A DNA stretch of 64,000 nt. It comes from Bacteroidales bacterium (lineage in GTDB: Bacteria; Bacteroidota; Bacteroidia; Bacteroidales; VadinHA17). Made by a program: the position numbers and the translations under genes. Below are positions 8,602 to 18,700 of this stretch, one piece after another (the first letter of the stretch is position 1; every line of letters starts with the position of its first letter). The DNA lies in contig JAJFVL010000046.1 of the NCBI GenBank assembly GCA_021371855.1, positions 161,979 to 225,978 of the forward strand, written 5' to 3'. The notes beneath the pieces were generated by a model. That model worked only from the letters and a program-made list of their open reading frames with translations. It searched no databases and had not been told where the DNA came from.

Positions 8602-10893
8602 TTAAAAAATACTGAATGCTACTGTAAGACCAGCAAGAACGATCGAAACCATCGACATAAGCTTAATAAGGATATTAAGTGCCGGGCCTGATGTATCCTT
8701 GAATGGATCGCCTACGGTATCACCAACAACTGTAGCTTTATGGCAATCACTGCCTTTTCCGCCATAGTTGCCTTTTTCAATGTGTTTCTTTGCATTATCC
8801 CATGCACCACCTGCATTGTTGAGGAAAGTAGCAAGGACGAACCCTGTGCTCATTCCGCCTGCGAGAAGACCGATAACACCGGGCACTCCCAATACAATTC
8901 CAACAAGCACAGGAACAGTAATGGCAATTAAGGAAGGAACAACCATCTCGTGCTGTGCACCTGCTGTTGATATCTCAATACATTTTGCATATTCAGGTTT
9001 TGCTTTGCCTTCCATAATACCAGGTATCTCACGGAACTGACGACGTACTTCATCGACCATTTTACTTGCAGCACGGCCAACAGCTTTCATACTCATTGAG
9101 CTGAAAAGGAAAGCCATCATACCGCCAATGAAAATACCACCCAGAAGAACAGGGTTCAGAACTGAAAGATTATAAGCATCAACAAAATCCTTGATAGTTG
9201 CGGAACTTAAATTCACAGCTGTCATGCCATCAGGAATTGAGGTAGGAGCCGTATTGTGATAGAATAATACGTCACCTATTTGTTTAAATCCGTCTGCAGA
9301 TTTATCAGCTGTTTTTACTAGCCACATTTTTATTTCTTCAATATATGAAGCTAAAAGTGCAAGAGCAGTAAGAGAAGCTGAACCGATAGCAAATCCTTTT
9401 CCGGTTGCAGCAGTAGTGTTGCCAAGACCGTCGAGAGCATCTGTCCTTTCACGTACCTCTTTTGGAAGTCCTGACATCTCAGCGTTACCACCGGCATTGT
9501 CGGCAATAGGGCCGAATGCATCAGTTGCAAGGGTAATACCAAGGGTTGAGAGCATACCTACAGCAGCAAAACCGATACCGTAAACACCGTTTGAAAAGTT
9601 TTCAAAACCACCTGCAAAACCGTAAGCTGCAATAATAGCGCCAACTATGGTAACAACTGGAATCCATGATGAAGACATACCTACAGCTATACCTTCAATA
9701 ATAACTGTTGCAGATCCCTGCTGTGATTGTTTTGCAATACCCTGGGTGGGTTTATTATCGTCGGAAGTGTAATATTCGGTAGCCTGACCGATGACAACAC
9801 CGGCAACAAGACCAGCTACAGCTGCACCAAATACACCCCATGTTATCCAGTTTACAGCAGCCATAACTGCAAGTACAACAAGGATAAGGGCTGAGCTGCC
9901 ACCTGTACCAAGAAGAAGTGCATTCAACAGAGTCTTAGTCGATGCATTTTCTTTTGTCTTAACCATATAAACACCTGCTATTGAAAGAAATATTCCAATA
10001 GCAGAAACCATCATAGGAGCAATAATAGCTGTAAGCTGGCCATCAGGAGAAAGAGCCGGCAATGCAGCTCCAAGAGCAGCAGTCGAAAGTATTGAACCAG
10101 CATATGATTCATAAAGGTCAGCGCCCATGCCAGCTACGTCACCTACGTTGTCACCAACGTTATCTGCAATTGTGGCAGGGTTACGCGGGTCGTCTTCAGG
10201 AATACCTGCTTCAACTTTACCAACAAGGTCAGCGCCTACGTCAGCGGCTTTAGTAAAGATACCACCACCAACACGAGCAAAGAGAGCCTGTGTTGAAGCA
10301 CCCATTCCGAAGGTAAGCATGGTAGCTGTAATCTCAACAAGCTTCTGATGAGCGTCAGTTCCGGCATTTACAAAATTAAGCCCAAGAAATTGCAGGCCAT
10401 TTGTCATATGTTCGGGAGTGTAAACCAGCTTATCGAGGATAAGGAACCAAAGGGCGATATCCAGAAGCCCGAAGCCTACAACAACAAGACCCATAACTGC
10501 ACCGCTGCGCAATGCTACTTTTAAACCCTGGTTAAGGGATTTTGAAGCAGCCCATGCTGTTCTGCTCGAAGCAGCAGTAGCTGATTTCATTCCGAGGAAA
10601 CCGCATAATCCCGAGAAAAATCCACCGGTAAGAAAAGCAACAGGTACAAACGGGTTTTGTATACCGGCATATGCCAGTATTAATAATAAAACGCAGAGGA
10701 CACCAAACACCTTTAAAACAACAGAGTACTGCCGTTTAAGGTAGGCCATCGCGCCCTCACTTACATATCCAGCGATCTCCCTCATCCTGGGGTTGCCTGC
10801 ATCCTGCACGATCATCCCCTTGTAGAAGATCCAGGCAAACAGCAAAGCCGTTAACGCTGCAACTGGAACAATCCAAAATAGACTACTAATCAT
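8602..10893 (-). CDS. hppA: Membrane-integral, K+-dependent-type, cation-translocating pyrophosphatase
   Basis: 763 aa with GDNVGDVAGMGADLYES, DAFGPIADNAGG, GNTTAATGKG and VGDTVGDPFKDTSGPALN motifs. Confidence 0.95.
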   Translation of the reverse strand: MISSLFWIVPVAALTALLFAWIFYKGMIVQDAGNPRMREIAGYVSEGAMAYLKRQYSVVLKVFGVLCVLLLILAYAGIQNPFVPVAFLTGGFFSGLCGFLGMKSATAASSRTAWAASKSLNQGLKVALRSGAVMGLVVVGFGLLDIALWFLILDKLVYTPEHMTNGLQFLGLNFVNAGTDAHQKLVEITATMLTFGMGASTQALFARVGGGIFTKAADVGADLVGKVEAGIPEDDPRNPATIADNVGDNVGDVAGMGADLYESYAGSILSTAALGAALPALSPDGQLTAIIAPMMVSAIGIFLSIAGVYMVKTKENASTKTLLNALLLGTGGSSALILVVLAVMAAVNWITWGVFGAAVAGLVAGVVIGQATEYYTSDDNKPTQGIAKQSQQGSATVIIEGIAVGMSSSWIPVVTIVGAIIAAYGFAGGFENFSNGVYGIGFAAVGMLSTLGITLATDAFGPIADNAGGNAEMSGLPKEVRERTDALDGLGNTTAATGKGFAIGSASLTALALLASYIEEIKMWLVKTADKSADGFKQIGDVLFYHNTAPTSIPDGMTAVNLSSATIKDFVDAYNLSVLNPVLLGGIFIGGMMAFLFSSMSMKAVGRAASKMVDEVRRQFREIPGIMEGKAKPEYAKCIEISTAGAQHEMVVPSLIAITVPVLVGIVLGVPGVIGLLAGGMSTGFVLATFLNNAGGAWDNAKKHIEKGNYGGKGSDCHKATVVGDTVGDPFKDTSGPALNILIKLMSMVSIVLAGLTVAFSIF

Positions 10894-10946
10894 GATATTT
10901 GTTTTTAATTAAAAATTATTATGAAACGAAAAAATTTTCACGGGTA

Positions 10947-10954
10947 CAAAACTA
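10947..10954 (-). promoter_or_regulatory. Candidate Bacteroidota -7 box (TAGTTTTG) for hppA
   Basis: Matches TAnnTTTG on the minus strand, 54 nt upstream of the hppA ATG. Confidence 0.3.
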
Positions 10955-11051
10955 AACTAGTTTTTCATTAATACAAATGAAAAAAAGCTAATAATGCACA
11001 TGCTTTTTTAAAAAAGGAAAGAAAGTAAAAAGCAGGGTAAGGGTCTATAAT

Positions 11052-11089
11052 ATGAGGAATCCCTCCTTAGAATGAGGAATTCCTCTTTA
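11052..11089. promoter_or_regulatory. Tandem pair of 18-bp repeats, each built on a GAGGAAT(T/C)CCTC palindrome; candidate operator
   Basis: ATGAGGAATCCCTCCTTA (11052..11069) and ATGAGGAATTCCTCTTTA (11072..11089). GAGGAATTCCTC at 11074..11085 is a perfect 12-bp palindrome. The pair sits about 160-195 bp upstream of hppA. Confidence 0.35.
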
Positions 11090-11117
11090 TGATATATCTA
11101 AATTGAAAATGAGAGTG

Positions 11118-11882
11118 CTAAATCGCCCTGAAAAATTCGTAATTTATATTCTCAAGTTCCGACATCTTAGGATAAGGATAATAAGCTATCTCATCTTTTT
11201 CTCCGACATAGAATCCGGTTTCAATCGTCCTGTAAAGGAGGTGCCCAGAAAAGACACGATTTACAGTTTTCATATGTTTTTCATATTCGCCTTTAAGAAT
11301 CTCAAGGCAGTCTCTTAGATGCCCGACGTTGGGATAAGGCAATTGTTCTGCCGACCCGTAAAGTGGATTGGTTGCCAGCTCACCAAGTTTCAGTTCAACA
11401 AAGAAAAGTTTTGGGACAACTATAGGGATTGACCCGTCAGTTAGCCTTTTCAGAAAAACAGAAGGAGCCAGTTGACTGGCTACAAGTGGAGTCACAGGGC
11501 ACAGTTCCTGATACAGGTGAAGAGCATTCCTGGGTTCCCCTGACTTATCATAGTCATTCTTTTTTAATTCAAGGACCAATCCGTTATCTGTTGTCAGATA
11601 CAAACTTTTCAGAGCCGTTAAAGGAATGGTCTCCAATACTTTATAAACAGACAGATAAACCGAGCTTTTCGGACTGCCATCTGGTTTGGCAACACATCTC
11701 TTATTCAGGCTATCCATGTCTATTAAGCTTTCAATCTTACCAAGATCAACTTCGAAAAAGATTGCCTGACCTTTACTGCGTTTTTTTGTTCCTGTTGAAA
11801 GATAAAGGCCAAAAGCCTCGGGGGGAAGCATCGAAGCAACAAGTGCTTCGGGAGTGCATGTTAAATAAACGTACTTGCTCAT
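11118..11882 (-). CDS. Hypothetical protein, no family recognised
   Basis: Long ORF with ordinary amino-acid composition. The opposite-strand ORF 11429..11884 is W/C/Q-rich and looks spurious. The start is chosen at MSKYVYL; the ORF extends to 11909. Confidence 0.5.
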   Translation of the reverse strand: MSKYVYLTCTPEALVASMLPPEAFGLYLSTGTKKRSKGQAIFFEVDLGKIESLIDMDSLNKRCVAKPDGSPKSSVYLSVYKVLETIPLTALKSLYLTTDNGLVLELKKNDYDKSGEPRNALHLYQELCPVTPLVASQLAPSVFLKRLTDGSIPIVVPKLFFVELKLGELATNPLYGSAEQLPYPNVGHLRDCLEILKGEYEKHMKTVNRVFSGHLLYRTIETGFYVGEKDEIAYYPYPKMSELENINYEFFRAI

Positions 11883-12176
11883 AGTTTTTCTTATTAATTT
11901 AAAGAACAATGATTTACTTCCGAATTATCCAACTGTAATAACAGAAAGTCTGTCTAATATCAAATATAATCAATTTTCAGCAACATTAAAAGATAAAATA
12001 CGTTTTTCATTTTATATAACTTAAAGACGTTCATTGAGCTTTTCAGCGTTACTTTATTACTTATTCAAAATTTTTTTTATATGATAAACCCGATAAACTA
12101 TAATATTTGTTGACTTTTAGTAAAATACTCAGAAAAATTCATTGAACTTATCATTTTTAATACTGGATTTTAGAAG

Positions 12177-12184
12177 TATATTTG
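12177..12184 (+). promoter_or_regulatory. Candidate -7 box (TATATTTG) for the GT2 gene
   Basis: TAnnTTTG match 26 nt upstream of the ATG at 12210. Confidence 0.3.
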
Positions 12185-12209
12185 GAACATTCCTAAACAA
12201 AGAAAGTTT

Positions 12210-12974
12210 ATGCCTAAGATATCTGCAGTTATTATTACTTACAATGAAGAGCTTTTTATAGAGAAGTGCCTCGCTTCAATTGTTGGGATTACCGATGAGA
12301 TTATTGTGGTCGATTCGTTTTCAACTGATGCCACCGAAGAGATATGTAAAAAATTCAATGTTAAGTTTGTACAACATAAATTTGAAGGATACAGAGATCA
12401 GAAGAATTTCGCCCTCAGTCTTGCAACATATAAAAACATACTCGCTCTGGATGCTGATGAAGCCTTAAGTGACAAGCTCAGGGAATCAATACTTGCAGTC
12501 AAGGATAATTGGGAATATGATGGTTATTATTTTAACCGGCGGAATTTATTTTGTGGCAAGTGGATCAAACATTCGGAATGGTATCCCAACAGACAATTAA
12601 GACTGTTCCGTTCCGATAAAGGACAATTCGGGAAACTCAATATCCATGAGAAATTCATCATGTCAAACGGCCAGTCTGTTGGTTTACTGGAAGGTGACCT
12701 GATCCACTCGTCATGCGAAACCCCCCAGGAACATATTGAGGAATTGAATAAATATGCTCTTATTGCGGCTGAAGAATATTATAACGCAGGAAGAAAAGCC
12801 AGCCTCTTCACTCCATATATACATTATATCTGGGGATTCATAAGATCATATATAATCAAAGGAGGTTTTCTTGATGGCTATGACGGATTTTTGATCTGTT
12901 CTTTGTATGCAAAGGCTACTTTCAATAAATATAAAAGACTGAGATACTTTATTAAGAACAATACCACAAATTAA
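12210..12974 (+). CDS. Family 2 glycosyltransferase
   Basis: N-terminal KISAVIITYNEE...VVDSFSTD...LDADE GT-A signature. Confidence 0.85.
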   Translation: MPKISAVIITYNEELFIEKCLASIVGITDEIIVVDSFSTDATEEICKKFNVKFVQHKFEGYRDQKNFALSLATYKNILALDADEALSDKLRESILAVKDNWEYDGYYFNRRNLFCGKWIKHSEWYPNRQLRLFRSDKGQFGKLNIHEKFIMSNGQSVGLLEGDLIHSSCETPQEHIEELNKYALIAAEEYYNAGRKASLFTPYIHYIWGFIRSYIIKGGFLDGYDGFLICSLYAKATFNKYKRLRYFIKNNTTN

Positions 12975-12984
12975 TCTCACTTCA

Positions 12985-13554
12985 ATGATCTTCGATGAAG
13001 ATATTAAAAACTCGATAATCACCCTGAGAAGTGGTGGTATTATTCTCTATCCCACGGATACGATATGGGGACTTGGTTGTGACGCAACCAGTTCTTCTGC
13101 TGTTGAAAGGATCTTTAAGATAAAATCAAGAAATGAAAATAAAAGTTTAATAATTCTTGTCGACGGAGAACAAATGCTTGAACGGTATGTAAAAGACATT
13201 CCTGAAATAATTTTTGAGCTTGTAAGTGTTTCCGACGATCCTCTGACAATAATCTATCCAAAAGGAAAAAATCTTGCCCCTGGCGTTTGCAGTGAAGATG
13301 GTTCGATAGGGATCAGGATCTGCCGCGATGAATTCTGCAGTGAGCTGATAACCCGGTTCAGAAAACCAATTGTATCCACCTCAGCAAATTTCAGCGGAAA
13401 ACCATCACCGGAAAATTTTAGTGAAATAGATAAACCGGTTATTGATTCCGTTGATTATGTTGTAAAATACCGTCAGAACGACCGGGGAAAATATTCTGCT
13501 TCTCCTGTCATTAAAGTTGAACAGGACGGTTCAATAAAGATAATAAGGAAATAA
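12985..13554 (+). CDS. tsaC: L-threonylcarbamoyladenylate synthase (YrdC/TsaC family)
   Basis: ILYPTDTIWGLGCDA, KSLIILV and PIVSTSANFSGKP motifs. At 189 aa it is a single YrdC domain. Confidence 0.85.
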   Translation: MIFDEDIKNSIITLRSGGIILYPTDTIWGLGCDATSSSAVERIFKIKSRNENKSLIILVDGEQMLERYVKDIPEIIFELVSVSDDPLTIIYPKGKNLAPGVCSEDGSIGIRICRDEFCSELITRFRKPIVSTSANFSGKPSPENFSEIDKPVIDSVDYVVKYRQNDRGKYSASPVIKVEQDGSIKIIRK

Positions 13555-13555
13555 G

Positions 13556-14266
13556 CTATTTTGATCTGACTCTGCCTGAGCCTGAAACCCTGGCGTCAAC
13601 CTTCGGAGACCCAATATAAGTCACATTCCCACTGCCTGAAACACTGGCCTTCAGAGACTCTGTCACATTACAGACGCAACTTCCGCTTCCTGAAATGCTT
13701 ATATCAGCTGATCCTATCTTCATCATCTCACCTCTATAGTTACCCGAGCCACTGACTTCAATATCGGCATTGGCTATATCACCACCTCCCTGAATAATGA
13801 TATCGCCTGACCCCGAAATTCCACAATTAAGAACAGTTGCCACTACATTTGCCGTAAATAATTTACCGCTTCCGCTGACACTCAAATTAAGATTCTCAGA
13901 CTTTACGGGTTCCTTTATCTTCGCTTCCCCTGAGCCTGATACACCCAATCCTGAAATCGCAGGCAGGGTAATGTAAACAATAATATTATTCTTTATGTTG
14001 AGGCGCCAGCTATCTGGTTTAATTATTAGCTTGTCTCCCGAAACCTGAGTTAAAATATTATCCAGGATATCTCTATCTCCCTCGAGAACTACCTTATATT
14101 CAGGACCAAAATTTATGTACAGGTTTCCGGGTACGCCAAAGTTTATTTTTGTAAAACCCTTCACATCCCTTGTTTCTTTGTCGGTTGCCGGGCTGTTGGA
14201 AAAACCTGTTAACATGAGCACTGAAATAATGAATGCTGTTAAGATTATTTGCTTTTTCATAGTCAA
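13556..14266 (-). CDS. Exported DUF2807 / head-GIN-domain protein
   Basis: Signal peptide followed by repeated V/I-SGSG-x beta-helix-like units (VSGSGEA, VSGSGKL, ISGSGDI, VSGSGNY, ISGSGSC, VSGSGNV, VSGSGRV). Confidence 0.6.
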   Translation of the reverse strand: MTMKKQIILTAFIISVLMLTGFSNSPATDKETRDVKGFTKINFGVPGNLYINFGPEYKVVLEGDRDILDNILTQVSGDKLIIKPDSWRLNIKNNIIVYITLPAISGLGVSGSGEAKIKEPVKSENLNLSVSGSGKLFTANVVATVLNCGISGSGDIIIQGGGDIANADIEVSGSGNYRGEMMKIGSADISISGSGSCVCNVTESLKASVSGSGNVTYIGSPKVDARVSGSGRVRSK

Positions 14267-14345
14267 TGATTTTAAAGAATTATTGTAATACCTTTAAAAG
14301 ACTTGCATTCTGCAAAAAAGCTGCTTAAAATATAAAAATATTCTG

Positions 14346-14864
14346 TCAGTTTATCTCAGTCAGCCCTTCAGGTATGTCAATTACAATAGTTTTCTTCTTT
14401 TTATCAATACCGATTATGAAATGTTCATGAAACGGTATAAGGATTTCTTTATTCTCTGATGAAAGAATATTCAGAAGCCACTGTCCGGGATTTGGGATCA
14501 CTTCTTTGACCCTGCCAAGCAGATTCTTATCCTCCAGAAGCACTTTATAACCGATCAGGAGGTTAAAATCTTCTTTCCCTTCATTATCAGTTAATCCGGT
14601 TGTCAGAAACACGCTGCAACCTATAAATTCTGTCACTTTTTCAACTGAGTCGTATCCATCGAATGTAAGTTTCAGAATATCGGCTCCCGAATATTCGGAA
14701 TGGCATATAAAAAATGGAACCGGTCTCCCATCTACTTCGATAAAGACCGATTCCATCAGAGGTATATTTTCAGAAAAGATTTTTTCTAACTTAACTGTTA
14801 CGGCTCCCTCATAGCCGCTGACTTTTGTAATTCGTCCCAGTAATATTTCACTATTGTAAGCCAT
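14346..14864 (-). CDS. rimM: 16S rRNA processing protein RimM
   Basis: LGRITKVSGYEGAV N-terminal barrel and a PRC-barrel C-terminus. It lies directly downstream of rpsP. Confidence 0.85.
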   Translation of the reverse strand: MAYNSEILLGRITKVSGYEGAVTVKLEKIFSENIPLMESVFIEVDGRPVPFFICHSEYSGADILKLTFDGYDSVEKVTEFIGCSVFLTTGLTDNEGKEDFNLLIGYKVLLEDKNLLGRVKEVIPNPGQWLLNILSSENKEILIPFHEHFIIGIDKKKKTIVIDIPEGLTEIN

Positions 14865-14892
14865 TGGATCGTTGATCCTTATGACCTCTCAG

Positions 14893-15492
14893 CTACTCCT
14901 GAGGTTTGTCTTCTGCAACCGGTTCAGATGCAGATGATTCTGCAGACGGAGCCTGAGTTGGTTCTTCAGCAGGAGTTGCTTCTTCTGCAGGTGCTGCTGC
15001 TGCTTTAGCCGCTGCGGTTAATTTAGCATCAAGATCTGCTTTTTTCTTGGCAAGTTTTGCTGCTCTTGCTTCGTTGATGCTCTTTTCTGCTGAAAGCTTT
15101 TTCACTAACTCATCTTCCTGTGATTTCTCAAGACGTGATTTTTTTGCCTCGACTTTTGCCTCGTTCTGTTTAGTCCACTCTTCAAAGCGTCTTGTTGCTT
15201 CTGCTTCATCGAATGCACCTTTTTTCACACCTTCTAGAAGATGCTTTTTAATTAGGACACCTTTTATAGACAGGATAGCCCTACATGTATCTGTAGGTAA
15301 TGCGCCATTTTGCAGCCAACCCAAAGCTTTATCGAAATCGAGTTCGATTGTTGCCGGATTAGTGGTCGGATTATACGATCCGATCTTTTCAATATATCTG
15401 CCATCCCGTGGCGATCTGCTATCTGCAACCACAATGTGGTAAAAGGCCACTCTCTTCCGGCCTTTCCTAGCTAATCTGATTTTAACTGCCAT
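14893..15492 (-). CDS. rpsP: 30S ribosomal protein S16 with an Ala/Lys/Glu-rich C-terminal extension
   Basis: [42 protein letters not shown]. The core is about 90 aa and a low-complexity tail of about 110 aa follows. Confidence 0.95.
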   Translation of the reverse strand: MAVKIRLARKGRKRVAFYHIVVADSRSPRDGRYIEKIGSYNPTTNPATIELDFDKALGWLQNGALPTDTCRAILSIKGVLIKKHLLEGVKKGAFDEAEATRRFEEWTKQNEAKVEAKKSRLEKSQEDELVKKLSAEKSINEARAAKLAKKKADLDAKLTAAAKAAAAPAEEATPAEEPTQAPSAESSASEPVAEDKPQE

Positions 15493-15538
15493 TAATTCTT
15501 ACGCTTAATTGTTTAACCTGTTTTTAAAATTGTGGCTG

Positions 15539-15546
15539 CAAAGATA
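15539..15546 (-). promoter_or_regulatory. Candidate -7 box (TATCTTTG) for rpsP-rimM
   Basis: Exact TATCTTTG on the minus strand, 47 nt upstream of the rpsP ATG. Confidence 0.4.
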
Positions 15547-15728
15547 ATAGTAAATATTTTATTGAACAAATGAATAATGCTAATTTCAGTACATTGAATT
15601 CTATTTTACCGGAACCCCGCTTAAGCTACTTGTAATAGCCAGACCTGCCTTTAGAAATATCATTTCAGGTCCAACAGATTATTTTTCTACTCATGATCCA
15701 ACTCCTCCAATCATAAATCAATTTTGCC

Positions 15729-15736
15729 TATTTTTG
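15729..15736 (+). promoter_or_regulatory. Candidate -7 box (TATTTTTG) for dnaE
   Basis: TAnnTTTG match 14 nt before ATG 15750 and 35 nt before the alternative ATG 15771. Confidence 0.25.
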
Positions 15737-15749
15737 TTAACTGATCGAA

Positions 15750-18700
15750 ATGAAATATTTTATCCCAAAAATGGCAACATTCACACACTTACATGTTCAT
15801 ACTCAATACTCTATACTGGACGGAGCTTCAAGTATTCCCTCACTGATCGATAAAGCAAAATCACTTGGGATGGATTCTCTCGCAATAACTGATCATGGCA
15901 ATATGTTTGGAGTTAAAGAGTTTCATAACAATGCCGTAAAAAAAGGAATAAAACCCATTTTGGGATGCGAAACCTATGTTGCAAAAAGATCTGTCTCAGA
16001 AGTAAACGGGAAAGAGGACCGCTCGGGTGATCACCTTATTCTCCTTGCAAAAAACCTTACCGGTTATAAAAACCTCATCAAGCTGATCTCAATTGCCTGG
16101 ATAAAAGGATTCTACTATAAACCACGGATCGACAAGGAACTCCTGACACAATATAAAGAGGGGCTGATAGCTTCTTCGGCCTGTCTCGCAGGAGAGATCC
16201 AGGATGAGATCCTGAATGGAACAATGGCAGGTGCTGAAGCAGCCCTTAAGAGTTATCTTGACATTTTTGGGGAGGATTTTTACCTGGAAATACAAAGACA
16301 CGAAACCAATGATCCGGATGCCGACAGATCGGCTTTCCCCCAGCAACAGAAAGTCATCGAAGCTTTTAAAAAACTTTCTGTAAAATATAATGTAAAAATT
16401 ATTGCTACAAACGATTTGCATTTTATTAATGCTGAAGATGCCGAAGCGCACGACAGACTCATATGCCTGAATACTGCAAAAGATCTTGACGATCCTGACA
16501 GGCTGAGATATTCCAAGCAGGAATATCTCAAGAGTGAAGAAGAGATGCGTGCCATTTTCAGTGATGTTCCCGAAGCCATTGATAATGTAGCAACTCTGGT
16601 TGATAAAATTGAGAATTATAAACTCGATCGTGATCCCATCATGCCCGATTTCCAGCTGCCTGAAGGATACACCGATGACAATGAGTATCTGAGGTTTCTG
16701 ACATACAAAGGGGCAAATGAAAGATGGGGAACTCTTACAAATGAACATACTGACAGAATAGATTTCGAACTTGCGACAATCTCAAAAATGGGATTTCCGG
16801 GATACTTTCTCATAGTTCAGGATTTCCTGATGGCGGCACGCCGGATGGGAGTATCGGTCGGTCCGGGAAGAGGTTCCGCTGCAGGCTCTGTTGTTGCATT
16901 TTGCTTAAGGATAACCGACATAGATCCGCTTAAGTATGGGCTACTTTTCGAAAGGTTCCTCAACGTTGACCGTATTTCGATGCCCGATATAGATATCGAT
17001 TTTGATGAAGACGGAAGAGAAACCGTACTTAAGTATGTAGTTGATAAATACGGGCATGATAAAGTTGCCCATATTATCACATTTGGATCAATGGCTGCAA
17101 AAATGGCCATCAGAGATGTTGCAAGAGTGCAGAAACTGCCACTACCCGACGCTATCCAGCTGGCAAAGCTTGTTCCTGACAGACCAGGGGTAACCCTTTC
17201 CCAGGCTTATGCAGAGGTACCGGAACTGGCTAAGGAAAGGGAATCTTCGAATAAGCTGGTCGCCCAGACACTAAAGTATGCAGAAGTTCTGGAAGGGTCA
17301 GTCCGGCAAACCGGGGTCCATGCCTGTGGGATAATAATCGGAAAAGACTCCCTCGATAATTATATCCCGCTGTGTACCGCAAAAGACACTGATCTGTATG
17401 CTACTCAGTACGATGGCAGCCATGTTGAGTCAGTCGGGCTGCTAAAAATGGATTTCCTCGGACTGAAAACACTTTCAATTATCAAAGATGCTGTTGATAA
17501 TATCAAAAAATCAAAAGGAATAGATATCGATATCGAAGAGCTTCCCCTTGATGATAAAAAGACTTTTGAACTTTTCAGTAATGGTGAAACAACCGGGGTG
17601 TTCCAGTTTGAATCGACAGGGATGAAAAGATACCTGAAAGAACTTGAACCTAACCGGTTTGAGGACCTTATAGCCATGAATGCCCTTTACCGTCCGGGCC
17701 CGATGGAATACATTCCAAAGTTTATCCGGAGGAAACATGGGCAGGAAAAGATTGATTATCCTTTACCTGAAATGGAAAAGTATCTTAATGATACATACGG
17801 TATCACGGTTTATCAGGAGCAGGTGATGTTACTGTCGCAGGAACTTGCCGGATTTACAAAAGGCCAGGCGGATTCGTTAAGAAAGGCTATGGGGAAAAAG
17901 AAACGCTCCATAATGGATGATCTGAAAGTCAAGTACCTCGAAGGATGTGCTAAAAAAGGACACGACGCAGCCACGGCAAATAAGATCTGGTCTGACTGGG
18001 AAGCTTTTGCACAATATGCTTTTAACAAATCGCACTCAACATGTTATGCTCTTGTCGCTTTCCGGACCGGTTATCTCAAAGCTCATTACCCCGCAGAATA
18101 TATGGCGGCAGTTCTCAGCCGTAATATCAGTGATATCAAGAAGATCACAACACTCATGGATGAGACCCGCAGGATGGGCATGGAAGTTCTGGGGCCCGAT
18201 ATTAATGAGAGTAATGTAAAATTCACTGTTAACAAGGACGGAAACATACGATTTGGACTCGGCGCGATCAAAGGGGTTGGAGAAAGTGCTGTATTACAGC
18301 TCATTGAAGAGAGAGAGAAGGATGGCCTTTATAAAGACATCTTTGATCTTGTTGAAAGAGTTAATCTGAATTCATTGAATAAGAAAAATCTTGAAGCAAT
18401 GGCAGTTGCGGGGGCATTCGATTGCTTCCCTGAAATATCCAGGGCTCAGTATTTTTCGCTCGACACAAAAGGATCAAGCTTTATCGAAAGTCTTATACGG
18501 TATGGAAACAATGCAAAAACCGTAAAAGCCTCAAGCCAGCAATCGCTATTCGGTGAAACAGGCGGCTTCGACATCGTAAAGCCCGAACCAACATCCTGTC
18601 CTGACTGGCCCAAACTGGAAAAGCTAAACAGAGAAAAAGAGGTAATAGGGATCTATCTCTCCTCTCATCCTCTCGATGATTTTAAATTGGAAATCAGCAC

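Noticed and set aside
11429-11884. 151-aa plus-strand ORF inside the hypothetical gene 11118..11882
   Set aside because: The W/C/Q/S-rich composition is typical of antisense read-through, and the minus-strand frame is longer and protein-like.
13556-14266. Highly periodic SGSG-encoding sequence considered as a DNA tandem repeat or CRISPR-like array
   Set aside because: The periodicity exists at the protein level (beta-helix-like GIN/DUF2807 units), with degenerate DNA and no conserved repeat/spacer structure. No CRISPR-like array was seen anywhere in the window.
14893-15200. The Ala/Lys/Glu-rich C-terminal 110 aa of S16 considered as a gene fusion or frameshift artefact
   Set aside because: The reading frame is continuous with the S16 core. 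As far as I recall, long low-complexity S16 tails are a normal Bacteroidota trait.
15493-15749. Intergenic regions of 250-320 bp (15493..15749, 11910..12209, 31918..32230, 44105..44359, 51771..52036) scanned for tRNA, SRP RNA, tmRNA, RNase P RNA or riboswitch-like structure
   Set aside because: All are AT-rich with no cloverleaf-compatible stems, no conserved ncRNA motifs that I recognise and only weak 5-6-bp hairpins. A covariance-model scan (Infernal/Rfam, tRNAscan-SE) would be needed to exclude them formally.
16089-17110. Several 65-219-aa minus-strand ORFs inside dnaE, and similar antisense ORFs inside hppA, ribD, nuoCD, nuoF and nuoG
   Set aside because: They are shadow ORFs of long, confidently identified genes. 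They are Ser/Cys/Phe-rich or poly-Q-like low-complexity translations.
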